Assembly: GCA_016197155.1 (NCBI GenBank)
Contig: JACPWF010000036.1
Span: 931-64,930 of the forward strand
From: Candidatus Omnitrophota bacterium
GTDB taxonomy: Bacteria; Omnitrophota; Gorgyraeia; 2-02-FULL-51-18
Direction: 5' to 3'
DNA: 64,000 bases
Both the position numbers and the translations under genes were made by a program. Positions 30,452 through 41,519 of the stretch are shown in pieces. The first letter of the stretch is position 1, and each line of letters starts with the position of its first letter. The notes under the pieces were generated by a model that had not been told where the DNA came from, made no database searches, and was given only the letters and a program-made list of their open reading frames with translations.

Positions 30452-31178
30452 GATCCCCCGGCACATCGCGATCATCATGGACGGCAACGGCCGTTGGGCG
30501 CGGGAGCGCGGGCTTCCGCGCGCGGCGGGGCACCGGGCGGGTGTCAAGACCGTCCGCGAGATCGTGAAGGCGTCGCTGGATCTGGGCGTGCCGGTTCTCA
30601 CCCTTTACGCCTTCAGCCAGGAAAATTGGAAGCGTCCCAAAGAGGAGGTGAGCCTTCTCATGGAACTGCTCGATTATTTTTTGAATAAGGAAATTGACCG
30701 GCTGAAAAAAGAGGGCGTGCGCGTGCGCACCATCGGCCGGATCGAGGCCCTGCCGGAGCGGACATTGAAAAAAGTGAAGGCCGCCATGGAGGCGACGCGG
30801 CACAACGACAAGCTCATCCTGAATGTGGCGCTCAATTACGGCGCGCGCACGGAAATTTTAGACGCCGTGAATCAGATCGTGGAAAAGGCCCGCGCGGGCG
30901 GCGTGCCGGGCATGAACGGCTCGGGGCTGACGGAGGAGGTGTTTTCCAATTACCTGTACACGAAGGGCCTGCCGGACCCGGATCTTTTGATCCGCACGAG
31001 CGGCGAGATGCGCCTCAGCAATTTTCTTTTGTGGCAGTTGTCGTACGCGGAGATCTACATCACGAAAAAATACTGGCCCGATTTCGCGCGCGAGGACTAT
31101 CTAAAGGCGATCCGGGAATACCAGAGGCGGGACAGGCGGTTCGGCGACATTTGCGCGGAGGATGCCGCCGGCCGATGA
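30441..31178 (+). CDS. uppS: Undecaprenyl diphosphate synthase
   Basis: HIAIIMDGNGRWARERGLPRAAGHRAG... ATG at 30441 overlaps the purA stop. The ORF-track start at 30330 was rejected. Confidence 0.9.
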   Translation: MENKIPRHIAIIMDGNGRWARERGLPRAAGHRAGVKTVREIVKASLDLGVPVLTLYAFSQENWKRPKEEVSLLMELLDYFLNKEIDRLKKEGVRVRTIGRIEALPERTLKKVKAAMEATRHNDKLILNVALNYGARTEILDAVNQIVEKARAGGVPGMNGSGLTEEVFSNYLYTKGLPDPDLLIRTSGEMRLSNFLLWQLSYAEIYITKKYWPDFAREDYLKAIREYQRRDRRFGDICAEDAAGR

Positions 31179-31993
31179 GCGCGTTTTCGACCCTTTCCCA
31201 GCGCGTGATCACGGGCCTCGTCCTCATCGGCGCCACCGCGGCGATCCTGTTTTTCTCGACGCCGTTTTATTTCAGCGTGGAGGTGACGCTTTTTGTGGCC
31301 CTCGGGCTTCTCGAATTTTTCAATTTAATGCGGGAGGGAAATGTCCCCGTTTACCGGTTTTTCGGCGTGTCGATGGGGATCGTGGTGCCGGTGCTTGTTT
31401 ACATGGAACTGGGAATGGCCGAATCCGGCGAGATCCTTTTTATCGTGCTCGGGTGCCTCTTTTTATTCGTGCTCCAATTTTTCCGCAAAGACAATTCCCA
31501 GGCCCTCATCGGCATCTCGCTCACGCTATTCGGAATTTTGTACGTGAGCTGGTTTTTGAGTTTTTTGATCAAGATCCGCTTTCTCGAAGGCGGGGCCTGG
31601 TGGGCGGCGTATCTCATCGCGGTGACGAAGGCCGCGGACATCGGCGCCTATTTTGTGGGGACCGCGGCGGGCCGGCACAGTTTGATTCCCCACATCAGCC
31701 CCAAAAAGTCCGTCGAGGGCACTTTCGCGGGGTTGGGCGCGAGCGTCCTGGTGTCATGGGCCCTCGGGCCCTATCTGCCGATCCGTTTCGGCGCGGGGCA
31801 CTTGGCGGTGGTCGGCCTTTTGATCGGCGCCGTCGGCCAGATCGGGGATCTTTCCGAATCGCTCATGAAACGTTTTTGCGACACGAAGGATTCGGGGCGG
31901 CTTCTCCCGGGAATGGGCGGGGTCCTGGACGCCGCGGACAGCATTCTCTTCACCGCGCCGATATTTTATTTTCATTTGAGAATATTTGCATGA
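31175..31993 (+). CDS. cdsA: Phosphatidate cytidylyltransferase
   Basis: Multi-pass membrane protein with the CdsA C-terminal signature (SLMKRFCDTKDSGRLLPGMGGVLD). ATG at 31175 overlaps the uppS stop (ATGA). Confidence 0.85.
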   Translation: MSAFSTLSQRVITGLVLIGATAAILFFSTPFYFSVEVTLFVALGLLEFFNLMREGNVPVYRFFGVSMGIVVPVLVYMELGMAESGEILFIVLGCLFLFVLQFFRKDNSQALIGISLTLFGILYVSWFLSFLIKIRFLEGGAWWAAYLIAVTKAADIGAYFVGTAAGRHSLIPHISPKKSVEGTFAGLGASVLVSWALGPYLPIRFGAGHLAVVGLLIGAVGQIGDLSESLMKRFCDTKDSGRLLPGMGGVLDAADSILFTAPIFYFHLRIFA

Positions 31994-33093
31994 AAAAAAA
32001 GGTTTTGATTCTCGGGTCCACCGGCTCGGTCGGTGAAAATACGCTCCGCGTGATCGAGGCGTTCCCGGACCGCTTCCAAGTCGCGGGTCTGGCGGCCGGC
32101 TCGAATGCCAAGCGCCTGGCGGAGCAGGCGGCCAAACACCGCCCCGAGGGCGTCTATCTCCATGATTCCGCCAAGGGGGATCTGTCCGCGTTTTGTTCGT
32201 CGGTGGACTACGACATTTTGGTCGCGGCCACCAGCGGCACCACGGCCCTTTTGCCGGTGATCGAGGCGCTTAGAAACGGCCGCCGCGTGGCGCTGGCGAA
32301 CAAGGAAATTCTCGTCGTGGCGGGGGGCCTCGTCATGGCGGCCCTTCGCGAAAATCCGGTCGCTTCGCTCATTCCCGTGGACAGCGAACACAGCGCCATT
32401 TTTCAATGCCTGGGCGGATGCCGCGCCCACGGCGTCGAGCGCCTCATCCTCACCGGTTCCGGAGGCCCCTTGCGCGAGGTGTCTTCGGAAAATTTTCCCA
32501 ATATTTCCAAAGAAACCGTGGTGAATCATCCGAAATGGAAAATGGGCAAAAAAATTTCCGTGGATTCGGCCACACTCATGAATAAGGGACTTGAGATCAT
32601 CGAGGCGTCCTGGCTTTTTGATCTGGCGATCGAGCGCATCGAGGTGCTGGTGCATCCCGAGGCGGTGGTCCATTCGATGGTGGAGTTTAAGGATGGCGCG
32701 ATCCTGGCGCAGTTGGGCGTCACCGACATGCGGCTCCCGATTCAGTACGCGCTTTCGTTCCCCGAGCGATGGGACTCGCCGGGCCTGCGGCTGGATTTTA
32801 AGGAATTGAACCCACTGCATTTTTATCCGGCGGACAGGAAAAAATTTCCGTGCCTCGCGCTCGCCATCGACGCGGCCAAAAAATCGGGAAGCGCGCCCTG
32901 CGTTTTGAGCGCGGCGGACGAAGTGGCCGTGCGGGCGTATCTCGAGGACCAGATCGGTTTCACGGACATCCCGCGCGTGATCGAGACCGTGCTGTCGCAT
33001 CACCGCCACGTCCCGGATCCGGACCTGCCCCAGATTCAATCGATCCACGCCTGGGCGGCTGAGGAGACGCAAAAATTATGTTTAGCGGACTAG
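31990..33093 (+). CDS. dxr: 1-deoxy-D-xylulose 5-phosphate reductoisomerase
   Basis: MKKKVLILGSTGSVGENTLRVI... over the full length (367 aa). The 643-aa ORF-track entry 31162-33093 is an upstream extension in the same frame that overlaps cdsA in a different frame and was rejected. Confidence 0.95.
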   Translation: MKKKVLILGSTGSVGENTLRVIEAFPDRFQVAGLAAGSNAKRLAEQAAKHRPEGVYLHDSAKGDLSAFCSSVDYDILVAATSGTTALLPVIEALRNGRRVALANKEILVVAGGLVMAALRENPVASLIPVDSEHSAIFQCLGGCRAHGVERLILTGSGGPLREVSSENFPNISKETVVNHPKWKMGKKISVDSATLMNKGLEIIEASWLFDLAIERIEVLVHPEAVVHSMVEFKDGAILAQLGVTDMRLPIQYALSFPERWDSPGLRLDFKELNPLHFYPADRKKFPCLALAIDAAKKSGSAPCVLSAADEVAVRAYLEDQIGFTDIPRVIETVLSHHRHVPDPDLPQIQSIHAWAAEETQKLCLAD

Positions 33094-34136
33094 TTTTTCT
33101 CGTTGTTTTGGGAGTCCTGGTCGTCGTGCACGAGTGGGGGCATTTTGTCGTGGCGCGCCTGGTGGGGATCCGCGTGGAAAAATTCTCGATCGGTTTCGGG
33201 CCCGTGGTCTTCGCCAAACGGTTCGGCGAGACCGAATTCTGTGTTTCTCTCCTGCCCCTGGGCGGATTCGTCAAACTCGCGGGGGAAAATCCGAACGAAT
33301 CGCGCGGCGAGGCCTGGGAGTTTAATTCCAAATCCCTTTTGCAAAAATTCATGGTGGTGTTCGCGGGCCCTTTCATGAACGCGGCCCTGGCGTTCCTGCT
33401 TTTTTCATTCATTTTCCTCTTCGGCCAGCCCATGCCCGTCGCGAAAATCGGAAGGGTTCTTGACGGCACACCCGCCAAGACCGCGGGCCTGGCCGCCGAT
33501 GACCGCATTCTCGAGGTGAACCGGACCCCGGTGTCGCGCTGGGACGAAGTGCTCGTCGAGGTGCACAAAGGAAAAAACCCGACTGTGTTCAGCGTGGACC
33601 GCGGGGGATTGCCTCTTGAGATCCGTGTCATCCCTCAAACCGGCCAGGGCCGCGCGCCGTTTGTGGGGATCGCGCCCTCGAGCGAGGTGATTTACCTGAA
33701 AAGCGGCTTTTGGGAATCTTTTCGCCTCGGCGCCGACCGCGTCGCGAAACTCACGGGCATGATCTTTTTATCCCTATGGCTCATGGTGACCGGCGCCATG
33801 CCGTTTAAGGACGCCGTCACCGGCCCGATCGGGATTTTTTTCATGACCCAGCAGGCCGCGCAGATGGGCATTTTGTATCTTTTGGATTTCACCGCGTCGC
33901 TCAGCGTGAGCCTCTTTGTTTTGAATCTTCTCCCGATCCCGGTGCTGGACGGGGGGCACGTGCTCTTTATCGTGATCGAGCGGCTGAAAGGCTCGCCGCT
34001 CAAAGAATCGGTGAAGGAGAGAATGACGCAGGCCGGTTTGACGGCACTCCTCGTTTTAATGGCATTTGTCATCTTTCAGGACATTCACCGTTTCTCGGTT
34101 CTGGAAAATATCATGAACCTCGCGCGCCGAAAATAA
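33078..34136 (+). CDS. rseP: RIP metalloprotease RseP (site-2 protease, M50) with PDZ domain
   Basis: HEWGHFVVARLVGIRVEKFSIGFGP (HExxH), a PDZ region and a C-terminal LDGGH motif. Conserved uppS-cdsA-dxr-rseP order. Confidence 0.9.
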   Translation: MFSGLVFLVVLGVLVVVHEWGHFVVARLVGIRVEKFSIGFGPVVFAKRFGETEFCVSLLPLGGFVKLAGENPNESRGEAWEFNSKSLLQKFMVVFAGPFMNAALAFLLFSFIFLFGQPMPVAKIGRVLDGTPAKTAGLAADDRILEVNRTPVSRWDEVLVEVHKGKNPTVFSVDRGGLPLEIRVIPQTGQGRAPFVGIAPSSEVIYLKSGFWESFRLGADRVAKLTGMIFLSLWLMVTGAMPFKDAVTGPIGIFFMTQQAAQMGILYLLDFTASLSVSLFVLNLLPIPVLDGGHVLFIVIERLKGSPLKESVKERMTQAGLTALLVLMAFVIFQDIHRFSVLENIMNLARRK

Positions 34137-34140
34137 AAAT

Positions 34141-35853
34141 ATGCTCTGGACAAAATTTCTCATTCCGACGCTGAAAGAAATTCCCCAGGAGGCCGAGATC
34201 AAAAGCCACCGGCTCATGCTGAGGGCGGGGCTCATCCGGAAACTGGCCAGCGGCACGTACAGCTACCTGCCGCTGGGTTTGAGGGCGCTTCAAAAAGCCG
34301 AGCGCATCGTTCGCGAGGAGATGGATCGCGCGGGGGCGCTCGAAGTGCTTTTGCCTGCCCTGCACCCGGCTGAGATCTGGAAAGAGTCCGGGCGCTTGGA
34401 GATCCTGGGCGAGGACATGATCCATTTCAAGGACCGGCACGGGAGGGAAAACGTGCTCGGCCCCACGCACGAGGAAGTGATCACGGACCTGGCGCGGCGC
34501 GAAATCCATTCGTACAAACAACTGCCGGTGACGCTTTACCAGATCCAGACCAAATTCCGCGACGAGATGCGCCCGCGGTCGGGGGTGATCCGCAGCCGCG
34601 AATTTCTCATGAAGGACGCGTACAGTTTTCACGCGACCAATGAAAGTCTCGATGAAACCTATAACGTGATGAAAGAAGTTTATAAGAAAATTTTCACGCG
34701 CTGTGGGCTTGATTTTCACGTCGTCGAGGCCGACCCGGGCGCCATGGGCGGGAGCGGCTCGCAGGAATTCATTCTATTTTCCGAAGCCGGCGAGGACCGG
34801 ATGGTTCAGATCGGCCACGACGGTCCTGTTGTGAGTGTTGAAATGACCGCCAGAAAACTCAAAAATTTGGCATTTTCCAAGAACGCGCCATCAGGAAAGT
34901 ATTACAAAGAGTATACGCCGGGGCATTCGAGTGTTGAAGCGGTGGCCAAATTTCTTAAGAAAAAACCATCGGATCTCGTAAAAACCATGATTTATGGACG
35001 ACCTGATGGGTCATTTTTTGAAGTTCTTGTGCGTGGCGATCATGAGGTCAGTGAATTCAAAGTTGGAAAAATTGAGCCCGGCTGTTTCATGGCTTCCCGC
35101 GAGGCCATCGAAAAAATGGGTTTTGCGTTTGGATACAGCGGCCCATTCGGAACAAATCTTAAAGCTTATATGGACGAAGACGTGCTTGAGATGCATAATT
35201 TTGTGACAGGCGCAAATATTAAAGATCATCATCTGCTCGATGTTAATCCCGGAGATATCCGTAGCGACGATATTCAAGCAGGCGATTTTCGTCAGGTTGT
35301 GGAGGGCGACAAGTCGCCGGACGGACAGCCGCTTTTATTTAAAACCGCGATCGAGCTCGGCCATATTTTTAAACTCAATCTCCGTTATTCGGTTCCTCTC
35401 AAGGCCCATTTCCTCGACAAAAACGGAAAAGAAAATCCGCTCGTCATGGGCTGTTACGGGATCGGCGTCAACCGCATCCTCGCCGCGGCGATCGAACAGC
35501 GCGCGGATGAAAAGGGCATCGTGTGGCCCAAAAACATCAGCCCCTTTCAGGCGCTGGTCACCGCGCTTGACCCCGAGGACGCCCAATCCCGGGAGATCAT
35601 CCGGTCGGTCCTTGATTCCGAGGCACTGGCCGAAAAAGGCGTCGACGTCCTCGTGGACGACCGGCAGGAGTCGGCGGGCGTCAAATTCAACGACGCCGAC
35701 CTGATCGGGATTCCCCTCGGCGTGATCCTGGGCCCCAAGAATTTGAAGCAGGGCAAGGCTGAAATCAAGATCCGAAAGACCGGCCAAATCACGGTGGTTG
35801 ACATTCCCTCGCTCGTCCCGGAAATCCTCAAGGCCCTTGACAATCTGAGCTAA
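34141..35853 (+). CDS. proS: Proline--tRNA ligase (bacterial type with editing domain)
   Basis: 570 aa with class II aaRS motifs and an anticodon-binding domain. N-terminus LIPTLKEIPQEAEIKSHRLMLRAGLIRK. Confidence 0.95.
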   Translation: MLWTKFLIPTLKEIPQEAEIKSHRLMLRAGLIRKLASGTYSYLPLGLRALQKAERIVREEMDRAGALEVLLPALHPAEIWKESGRLEILGEDMIHFKDRHGRENVLGPTHEEVITDLARREIHSYKQLPVTLYQIQTKFRDEMRPRSGVIRSREFLMKDAYSFHATNESLDETYNVMKEVYKKIFTRCGLDFHVVEADPGAMGGSGSQEFILFSEAGEDRMVQIGHDGPVVSVEMTARKLKNLAFSKNAPSGKYYKEYTPGHSSVEAVAKFLKKKPSDLVKTMIYGRPDGSFFEVLVRGDHEVSEFKVGKIEPGCFMASREAIEKMGFAFGYSGPFGTNLKAYMDEDVLEMHNFVTGANIKDHHLLDVNPGDIRSDDIQAGDFRQVVEGDKSPDGQPLLFKTAIELGHIFKLNLRYSVPLKAHFLDKNGKENPLVMGCYGIGVNRILAAAIEQRADEKGIVWPKNISPFQALVTALDPEDAQSREIIRSVLDSEALAEKGVDVLVDDRQESAGVKFNDADLIGIPLGVILGPKNLKQGKAEIKIRKTGQITVVDIPSLVPEILKALDNLS

Positions 35854-35895
35854 ATTTGCTAGCCTGAATTCGTTAACGGGATTGGTTTTGAGAGA

Positions 35896-35918
35896 GTGGG
35901 CGCTTGCCCACTTTTTTT
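35896..35918 (+). terminator. Rho-independent terminator downstream of proS
   Basis: GTGGGC-GCTT-GCCCAC hairpin immediately followed by TTTTTTT. Confidence 0.65.
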
Positions 35919-35923
35919 ATTCT

Positions 35924-36388
35924 ATGGACATCGAAGGCTTGCATCAAACGATTAAAAGCCGCCTGGAGGCGATGGGCGCGGAGCTTGTGGATCTGGCTTT
36001 CAGAAGGAGCGGCTCCCGGAGCGTTTTGACGGTGACCGCGGACAAGCCCGGGGGCATCACGCTTGAGGACTGCGCGGCGATCAATCAGGACCTCGGCCGT
36101 TCGCTCGAAGAGGCGATGGAGGGGCCCACTCTTTTGGAGGTGAACAGTCCCGGCCTCGACCGGCCGCTCGAAACCGAGCGGGATTTTTTGAGGGCCGTGG
36201 GAGAAGATTTGCGGCTCACGGTGAAGGACGAATCGGGGGCGGTTCAAAGTTTTATGGGAAGGCTTGCGGGAATGGAGAATGGCAAACTGAAGTTTGAGCG
36301 CCGGATGCCCAAAGGGCCCGGCGTACAACTCGAGATTCCTTGGGACGCGGTGGTCCGCGCGGTGCGCGAGATCCGGTTCAAACGGTAA
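35924..36388 (+). CDS. rimP: Ribosome maturation factor RimP
   Basis: MDIEGLHQTIKSRLEAMGAELVDLAFRR... with conserved rimP-nusA-infB order. Start placed after the proS terminator; the ORF-track start at 35882 was rejected. Confidence 0.85.
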   Translation: MDIEGLHQTIKSRLEAMGAELVDLAFRRSGSRSVLTVTADKPGGITLEDCAAINQDLGRSLEEAMEGPTLLEVNSPGLDRPLETERDFLRAVGEDLRLTVKDESGAVQSFMGRLAGMENGKLKFERRMPKGPGVQLEIPWDAVVRAVREIRFKR

Positions 36389-36404
36389 CGGGAAGGATGG
36401 GAAA

Positions 36405-37595
36405 GTGAGCACGGAATTATTGAACGTTCTGGAAAATATCGAGCGGGAAAAAGGGATCAGCCGGCAGATCTTGGTGGAGTCCATCGAGGCCGCGCTCGTC
36501 TCCGCGGCGAAAAAAGTTTTGCACGACAAGGACAAAGCGATCGAGGTGAAAGTCGACGTCGAAAACGGGCGGATCCGCATTTTCTCGGACGGCAAGGAAA
36601 TCGTCTCGAACGAATTCGGCCGCATCGCCGCGCAGACGGCAAAGCAGGTCATCTTTCAGAAGATCCGCGAGGCCGAGCGCGACGTGATTTTTGGCGAGTT
36701 CCAGGCGAAGGCCGAATCGATCACCAGCGGCACCGTCTACCGTTTTGAAAAGGGCGCGCTTCTCGTGGATCTGGGAAAGACCGAGGGGATCCTGCCGAAG
36801 CGCGAGATGTCCCCGCGCGACAACTACCGCCAGGGCGACACGATCCGCGCGTACATTTTGGAAGTGACCAAAACCGCCAAAGGCCCGCAGGTGATTTTGT
36901 CGCGCAGTCATCCCGGTTTCGTGAAGCGCCTCTTTGAGATGGAGGTGCCGGAAGTGGCCGACGGCCTGGTTGAGATCCGCTCCGTGTCCCGCGAGGCCGG
37001 CGACCGCACAAAGATCGCGGTTTGGTCAAAAAATGAAAAAGTGGACTGCGTCGGCGCCTGCGTGGGCATTCGCGGTTCGCGCGTGAAAGGGGTCGTGAAG
37101 GAGCTTCAGGGCGAAAAGATTGACATCATCCGCTGGAGCGACAACGCGGAGGAATTCATTCAGGCCGCGCTCAGCCCCGCGCAGGTGTCCTCCGTTAAAA
37201 TTTTGACCGCCGAGGAAAAAAAAGTCGAGGTGATCGTGGACGATGAGCAATTGTCGCTGGCGATCGGAAAGAACGGCCAAAACGTGCGGCTGGCCTCAAA
37301 GCTCACCGGCTGGTCGATCGATATCCGTTCAAAGAAGGACATTGCCAAGGAAAAATTGGAGGCCACGATGACGCCCGTTGGAGAAACCGCCCCCGCGGCC
37401 GAGGCCCCGACGGCGGATCTCGAAGGGATCGAGGGCATCGGCCCCAAGACCGCGCAGGCCCTCGCCGAGGCGGGTTTTAAAACGCTGGAAGATTTGAAAA
37501 AGGCGGGGGAAAAAGATCTTCTGGCGGTGAAGGGAATCGGTAAAAAGACCGCGGAGAAAATTTTGAATGCCGTGAAAAAGGAAGAGCCCTCATGA
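36405..37595 (+). CDS. nusA: Transcription termination/antitermination factor NusA
   Basis: GTG at 36405 follows a GGAAGG ribosome-binding site. [30 protein letters not shown]..., then S1 and KH domains and a C-terminal HhH repeat. Confidence 0.9.
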   Translation: MSTELLNVLENIEREKGISRQILVESIEAALVSAAKKVLHDKDKAIEVKVDVENGRIRIFSDGKEIVSNEFGRIAAQTAKQVIFQKIREAERDVIFGEFQAKAESITSGTVYRFEKGALLVDLGKTEGILPKREMSPRDNYRQGDTIRAYILEVTKTAKGPQVILSRSHPGFVKRLFEMEVPEVADGLVEIRSVSREAGDRTKIAVWSKNEKVDCVGACVGIRGSRVKGVVKELQGEKIDIIRWSDNAEEFIQAALSPAQVSSVKILTAEEKKVEVIVDDEQLSLAIGKNGQNVRLASKLTGWSIDIRSKKDIAKEKLEATMTPVGETAPAAEAPTADLEGIEGIGPKTAQALAEAGFKTLEDLKKAGEKDLLAVKGIGKKTAEKILNAVKKEEPS

Positions 37596-39805
37596 CCGAG
37601 CGCGTTCACACCCTCGCCAAAGAGCTGAAGATCCCGTCGAAGGACTTGATTGAAAAATTGAAGAAACTGAAGATCAAGGCCAAAAACCACATGAGTGCGC
37701 TCACGGATGAGGAGGTGCGCGCGGTGCGAAACACGCTCAAGAGCCCGCCGCCTCCGAAAAAACCGCTTTCGCAGACGCCTTCGATCGAAAGCGTCAAAAA
37801 AGAATTTTTATTGCAGCGTTTGGGGGCGAAGGCGGCTTCCCAGGAAACCCGGAAACCCGCGCCCGTGAGCGCGGGCCCGGCCGGGGCCTTGAGGAGAGGG
37901 GCGGCGCCCTCGGTCTTTGAAAAACCAAAGGCCCCCTCCGCCGTTGAAATTAAAAAAGCGCCGAAAACTTCCGCGGCGCCCATTTTTTCCCAGCCAGCGC
38001 CGGTCACGGCCCCGCCTCAGGCGGTGTCCGCGGCCCCCGAACCCAAGCGGACAAGAAAGATCGAGGTCGCCACGCCCATCACCGTCAAAGATCTGGCGGC
38101 GAAGTTTTTCGTCAGGCCGAGCGAGCTCATCCAGCGGCTCATCAAGATCGGGGTATTCGCGTCGATCAATCAGGCCATCAATTTTGAAATCGCCGGCAAG
38201 GTCGCGGTGGAATTCGGTTTTGAATTGGAAGAGACCAAGGCCGTCGAAGCCTCTCAAACGGAAGCGCCCAAAAAAACCGCGGACAAATCGCGTTTGGCGC
38301 CGCGCGCGCCTATCGTGACGTTCATGGGCCACGTCGATCACGGCAAGACTTCCCTGCTCGACGCGATCCGCAAAACCAAGGTCGCCGCCGGAGAAGCCGG
38401 CGGCATCACCCAGCATATCGGCGCGTACGAAGTCTTTCTGCCCAAAGGGGCCGTCACGTTTCTCGACACGCCGGGCCACGAGGCGTTCACGGCCATGCGC
38501 GCGCGCGGCGCCCGCGTGACGGATGTCGTCGTGCTCGTGGTGGCCGCGGATGACGGCGTCATGCCGCAGACGGTTGAGGCCATTGACCACGCCAAGGCCG
38601 CGAATGTTCCCATTATCGTCGCGATCAACAAAATCGATCTGCCGTCGGCCAACACCGACCGCGTGAAAAAAGGGCTGATGGAACACGGTTTGGCCGCCGA
38701 AGACTGGGGCGGCAAGACCATCATGACGGGCGTTTCCGCGAAAACCGGAAAGGGCATCGACGAACTTTTGGAAATGCTGGCGCTCGAGTCCGAGCTTCTG
38801 GAGCTTCGCGCCGATCCGGGCGCGCCCGCGTCGGGGGTCGTGATCGAGGCGGCGCTGGCCGCGGCGAGCGGCGTCTTGGCGACGGTGCTGGTGCAGGAGG
38901 GGACCCTGCGCGTGGGCGACGTGGTCGTGGTCGGCGCCGCTTACTGCAAGGTCCGCGCGATGATCAATGACCGCGGCCAAAGGGTCAAAGAGGCGCCGCC
39001 TTCGACGCCGGTTGAAATTTTAGGCCTGCCCGCCGTCCCCAAAGCGGGAGACCGTTTTCAAGTCATGAAAGACGAGCGCGAGGCCAAGACCCTGATCGAT
39101 CAGATGACCGGCGGTGCGGGACACAAGGATGGGCTCGCCGGCCACATCACACTCGAGCACCTTTTTGAGGAAATTAAAGCGGGGAAGGTCGAGGAGCTGA
39201 AACTCATCGTCAAATCCGACGTTCAGGGATCGGTGGAGGCGCTTCGCTCGACGCTGGCCAAGATTCAATCCAAGAACGTGCGCCTGAACATCATTCATTC
39301 CGGCATCGGCGACATCAGCGAGTCGGATGTCATGCTCGCGGCGGCTTCCAACGCGGTCGTGATCGGATTCCATGTGGGGATGGCGACGACCGCGGGGGAA
39401 TTCGCCGAGCGCGAACGCGTGGATGTCCGCTTTTACGAAATCATTTACGAAGTCAAGACCGCGATTGAAAAAGCGATGGAGGGCCTGCTGGCTCCGGAAT
39501 TAAAAGAAATTTTTGTGGGGACGGCCTAGGTGCGCCAGGTTTTTAAGGTGTCCAAGGCCGGCACCATCGCCGGGTGCACGGTGACCAAGGGGAAGATCGT
39601 CCGCAATTTCACCTGCCGCGTCCTCCGCGCCGGTAAAGTTGTCCACGACGGCAAGATCACCAGCCTCAAGCGGTTCAAAGACGACGTGCGCGAGGTGCTC
39701 GAGGGATTTGAATGCGGCATCGGCGTGTCGAATTTTGAGGACATTCTGTCCGGCGACCGGATCGAGGTTTTTGAATTGCAAGAAAAGGCCAGGAAACTCG
39801 AGTAA
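37592..39805 (+). CDS. infB: Translation initiation factor IF-2, interrupted by an in-frame TAG at 39527-39529
   Basis: N-terminus [28 protein letters not shown], the G domain ([24 protein letters not shown]) and the C-terminal beta-barrel. Residues 646 onward ([16 protein letters not shown]...FKDDVREV...GIGV...IEVFEL) continue in the same frame after the TAG. The TAG replaces the conserved Glu in ...LAEVRDVF. Confidence 0.85.
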
Positions 39806-40791
39806 TGAGCCGCGTTCTCTCCGGCATGCGGCCCACGGGCCCTTTGCATCTGGGGCATCTCTTGGGCGCGCTTGAAAATTGGATTCATCTGCAGAACACG
39901 CACGAATGTTTTTTCATGGTGGCGGATTTGCACGCGCTCATGGGCGAATACGAGGACCCGCGCGAGATCGAAAAAAATTCGATCGCGATGGTCATCGACT
40001 GGCTGGCCTCGGGCATCGACCCCGAGAAAAGCACGATCTTTATCCAGTCGCAGATCCCCGAGCACGCGGAGCTGGCCCTGATCCTGGGGATGCTCACCCC
40101 GCTCGGGTGGCTTGAGCGAAACCCCACTTATAAGGAACAACTGCGCGAGATCAAGGGCCGGGACCTGACCACTTACGGATTTTTGGGTTATCCGGTTTTG
40201 CAGGCGGCGGATATTTTGCTTTATAAAGCCGATCAGGTCCCCGTCGGCGAGGATCAGCTGGCGCATCTCGAGCTCGCGCGCGAGATCGTCCGGCGTTTCA
40301 AGCGCCTTTACAAAAAAGATTTTTTCCCGGAGCCCACGGCACTTCTCACGAAAGAGGCGCGGATCCTGGGGACGGACCGGCGGAAGATGTCGAAGAGCTA
40401 CGGCAACGCGATCCATCTTTCGGACGCGCCGGAGGCCGCACGCAAAAAAGTCCAGTCGATGATCACCGACCCCGCGCGCGTGAAGGCCTCCGACCCCGGC
40501 CATCCGGACGCGTGCAACGTTTATTCGTATTACAAAATTTTTTCCGACGATGCCGAGGTCAAGGCCGTTTACGATTGGTGCGCGGGCGCGAAAAAAGGCT
40601 GTACGGACTGCAAGAAAACCTTCGCGGAGATTCTCGTGGAAACGTTGAAACCGATTCACGAGCGCCGCGCCAAGATCGCGGCGGATCCCGCCTTTGTCGG
40701 GAAAATTTTAAAAAAGGGCCGCGCGCGCGCCGAAGCCGTCGCGCGGGAAACGATGGGTCAGGTTAAGGAACTTTTACATTTGGCCAAATGA
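39805..40791 (+). CDS. trpS: Tryptophan--tRNA ligase
   Basis: [26 protein letters not shown] (HIGH motif), KMSKS, full length (328 aa). Confidence 0.9.
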   Translation: MSRVLSGMRPTGPLHLGHLLGALENWIHLQNTHECFFMVADLHALMGEYEDPREIEKNSIAMVIDWLASGIDPEKSTIFIQSQIPEHAELALILGMLTPLGWLERNPTYKEQLREIKGRDLTTYGFLGYPVLQAADILLYKADQVPVGEDQLAHLELAREIVRRFKRLYKKDFFPEPTALLTKEARILGTDRRKMSKSYGNAIHLSDAPEAARKKVQSMITDPARVKASDPGHPDACNVYSYYKIFSDDAEVKAVYDWCAGAKKGCTDCKKTFAEILVETLKPIHERRAKIAADPAFVGKILKKGRARAEAVARETMGQVKELLHLAK

Positions 40792-41519
40792 CCTACAAAG
40801 TCAAACTCGAAGTTTTTGAGGGGCCGCTCGACCTTCTTCTTTATTTGATCAAAGAGGAAGAGCTCGATATTTACGACATCCCGATCACGCGGATCACGGG
40901 GCAGTATCTGGAATATTTGAATTTAATGGAACTTCTGGATCTGGACATCGCGGGTGAATTTTTGGTGATGGCCGCGACGCTCACCGAGATCAAATCCCGG
41001 ATGCTCCTGCCGCCGGACCCCGAGGCCGCCGAAGCCGAGGAGGCCGATCCGCGCGCGGAACTGGTGCGGCGGCTCCTGGAGTACAAGGCGTTTAAGGAAG
41101 CGGCCTCATCCTTGAGGGGTTTTGAGGCCGGCCGCGCCGATCTTTTCACGCGGCCGGGTGTGGAGACCGGGCAGGACCTGCCTAGCGGCAGGCGGGACAG
41201 CCCGTTTTGCGAAGCGTCCCTGTTCGATCTCCTCACGGCTTTTTCGAGGGTACTCGGCCGTTTGCCGAAGGATTCGTTTCATTCGATCGAAAAAGATGAG
41301 TTCACGGTGGCTGAAAAAGTCCACGAGCTTTTTCACCGGTTGGCGAAAGAACCGGTGGTTTATTTCAGCGCCCTCTTTCGCTCGGCGAAAAATAAATTTG
41401 AGGTGATCACGACGTTTCTGGCGCTTTTGGAGCTTGTCCGGATGAAAGAAGTGACGGTCCGTCAGTCGGGCCATTTTGATGAAATTGAAATCTTAAGGAG
41501 CGGCGGTGCCCGGGCCTGA
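40788..41519 (+). CDS. scpA: Segregation and condensation protein A
   Basis: EGPLDLLLYLIKEEELDIYDIPITRITGQYLEYL... Confidence 0.85.
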   Translation: MTYKVKLEVFEGPLDLLLYLIKEEELDIYDIPITRITGQYLEYLNLMELLDLDIAGEFLVMAATLTEIKSRMLLPPDPEAAEAEEADPRAELVRRLLEYKAFKEAASSLRGFEAGRADLFTRPGVETGQDLPSGRRDSPFCEASLFDLLTAFSRVLGRLPKDSFHSIEKDEFTVAEKVHELFHRLAKEPVVYFSALFRSAKNKFEVITTFLALLELVRMKEVTVRQSGHFDEIEILRSGGARA

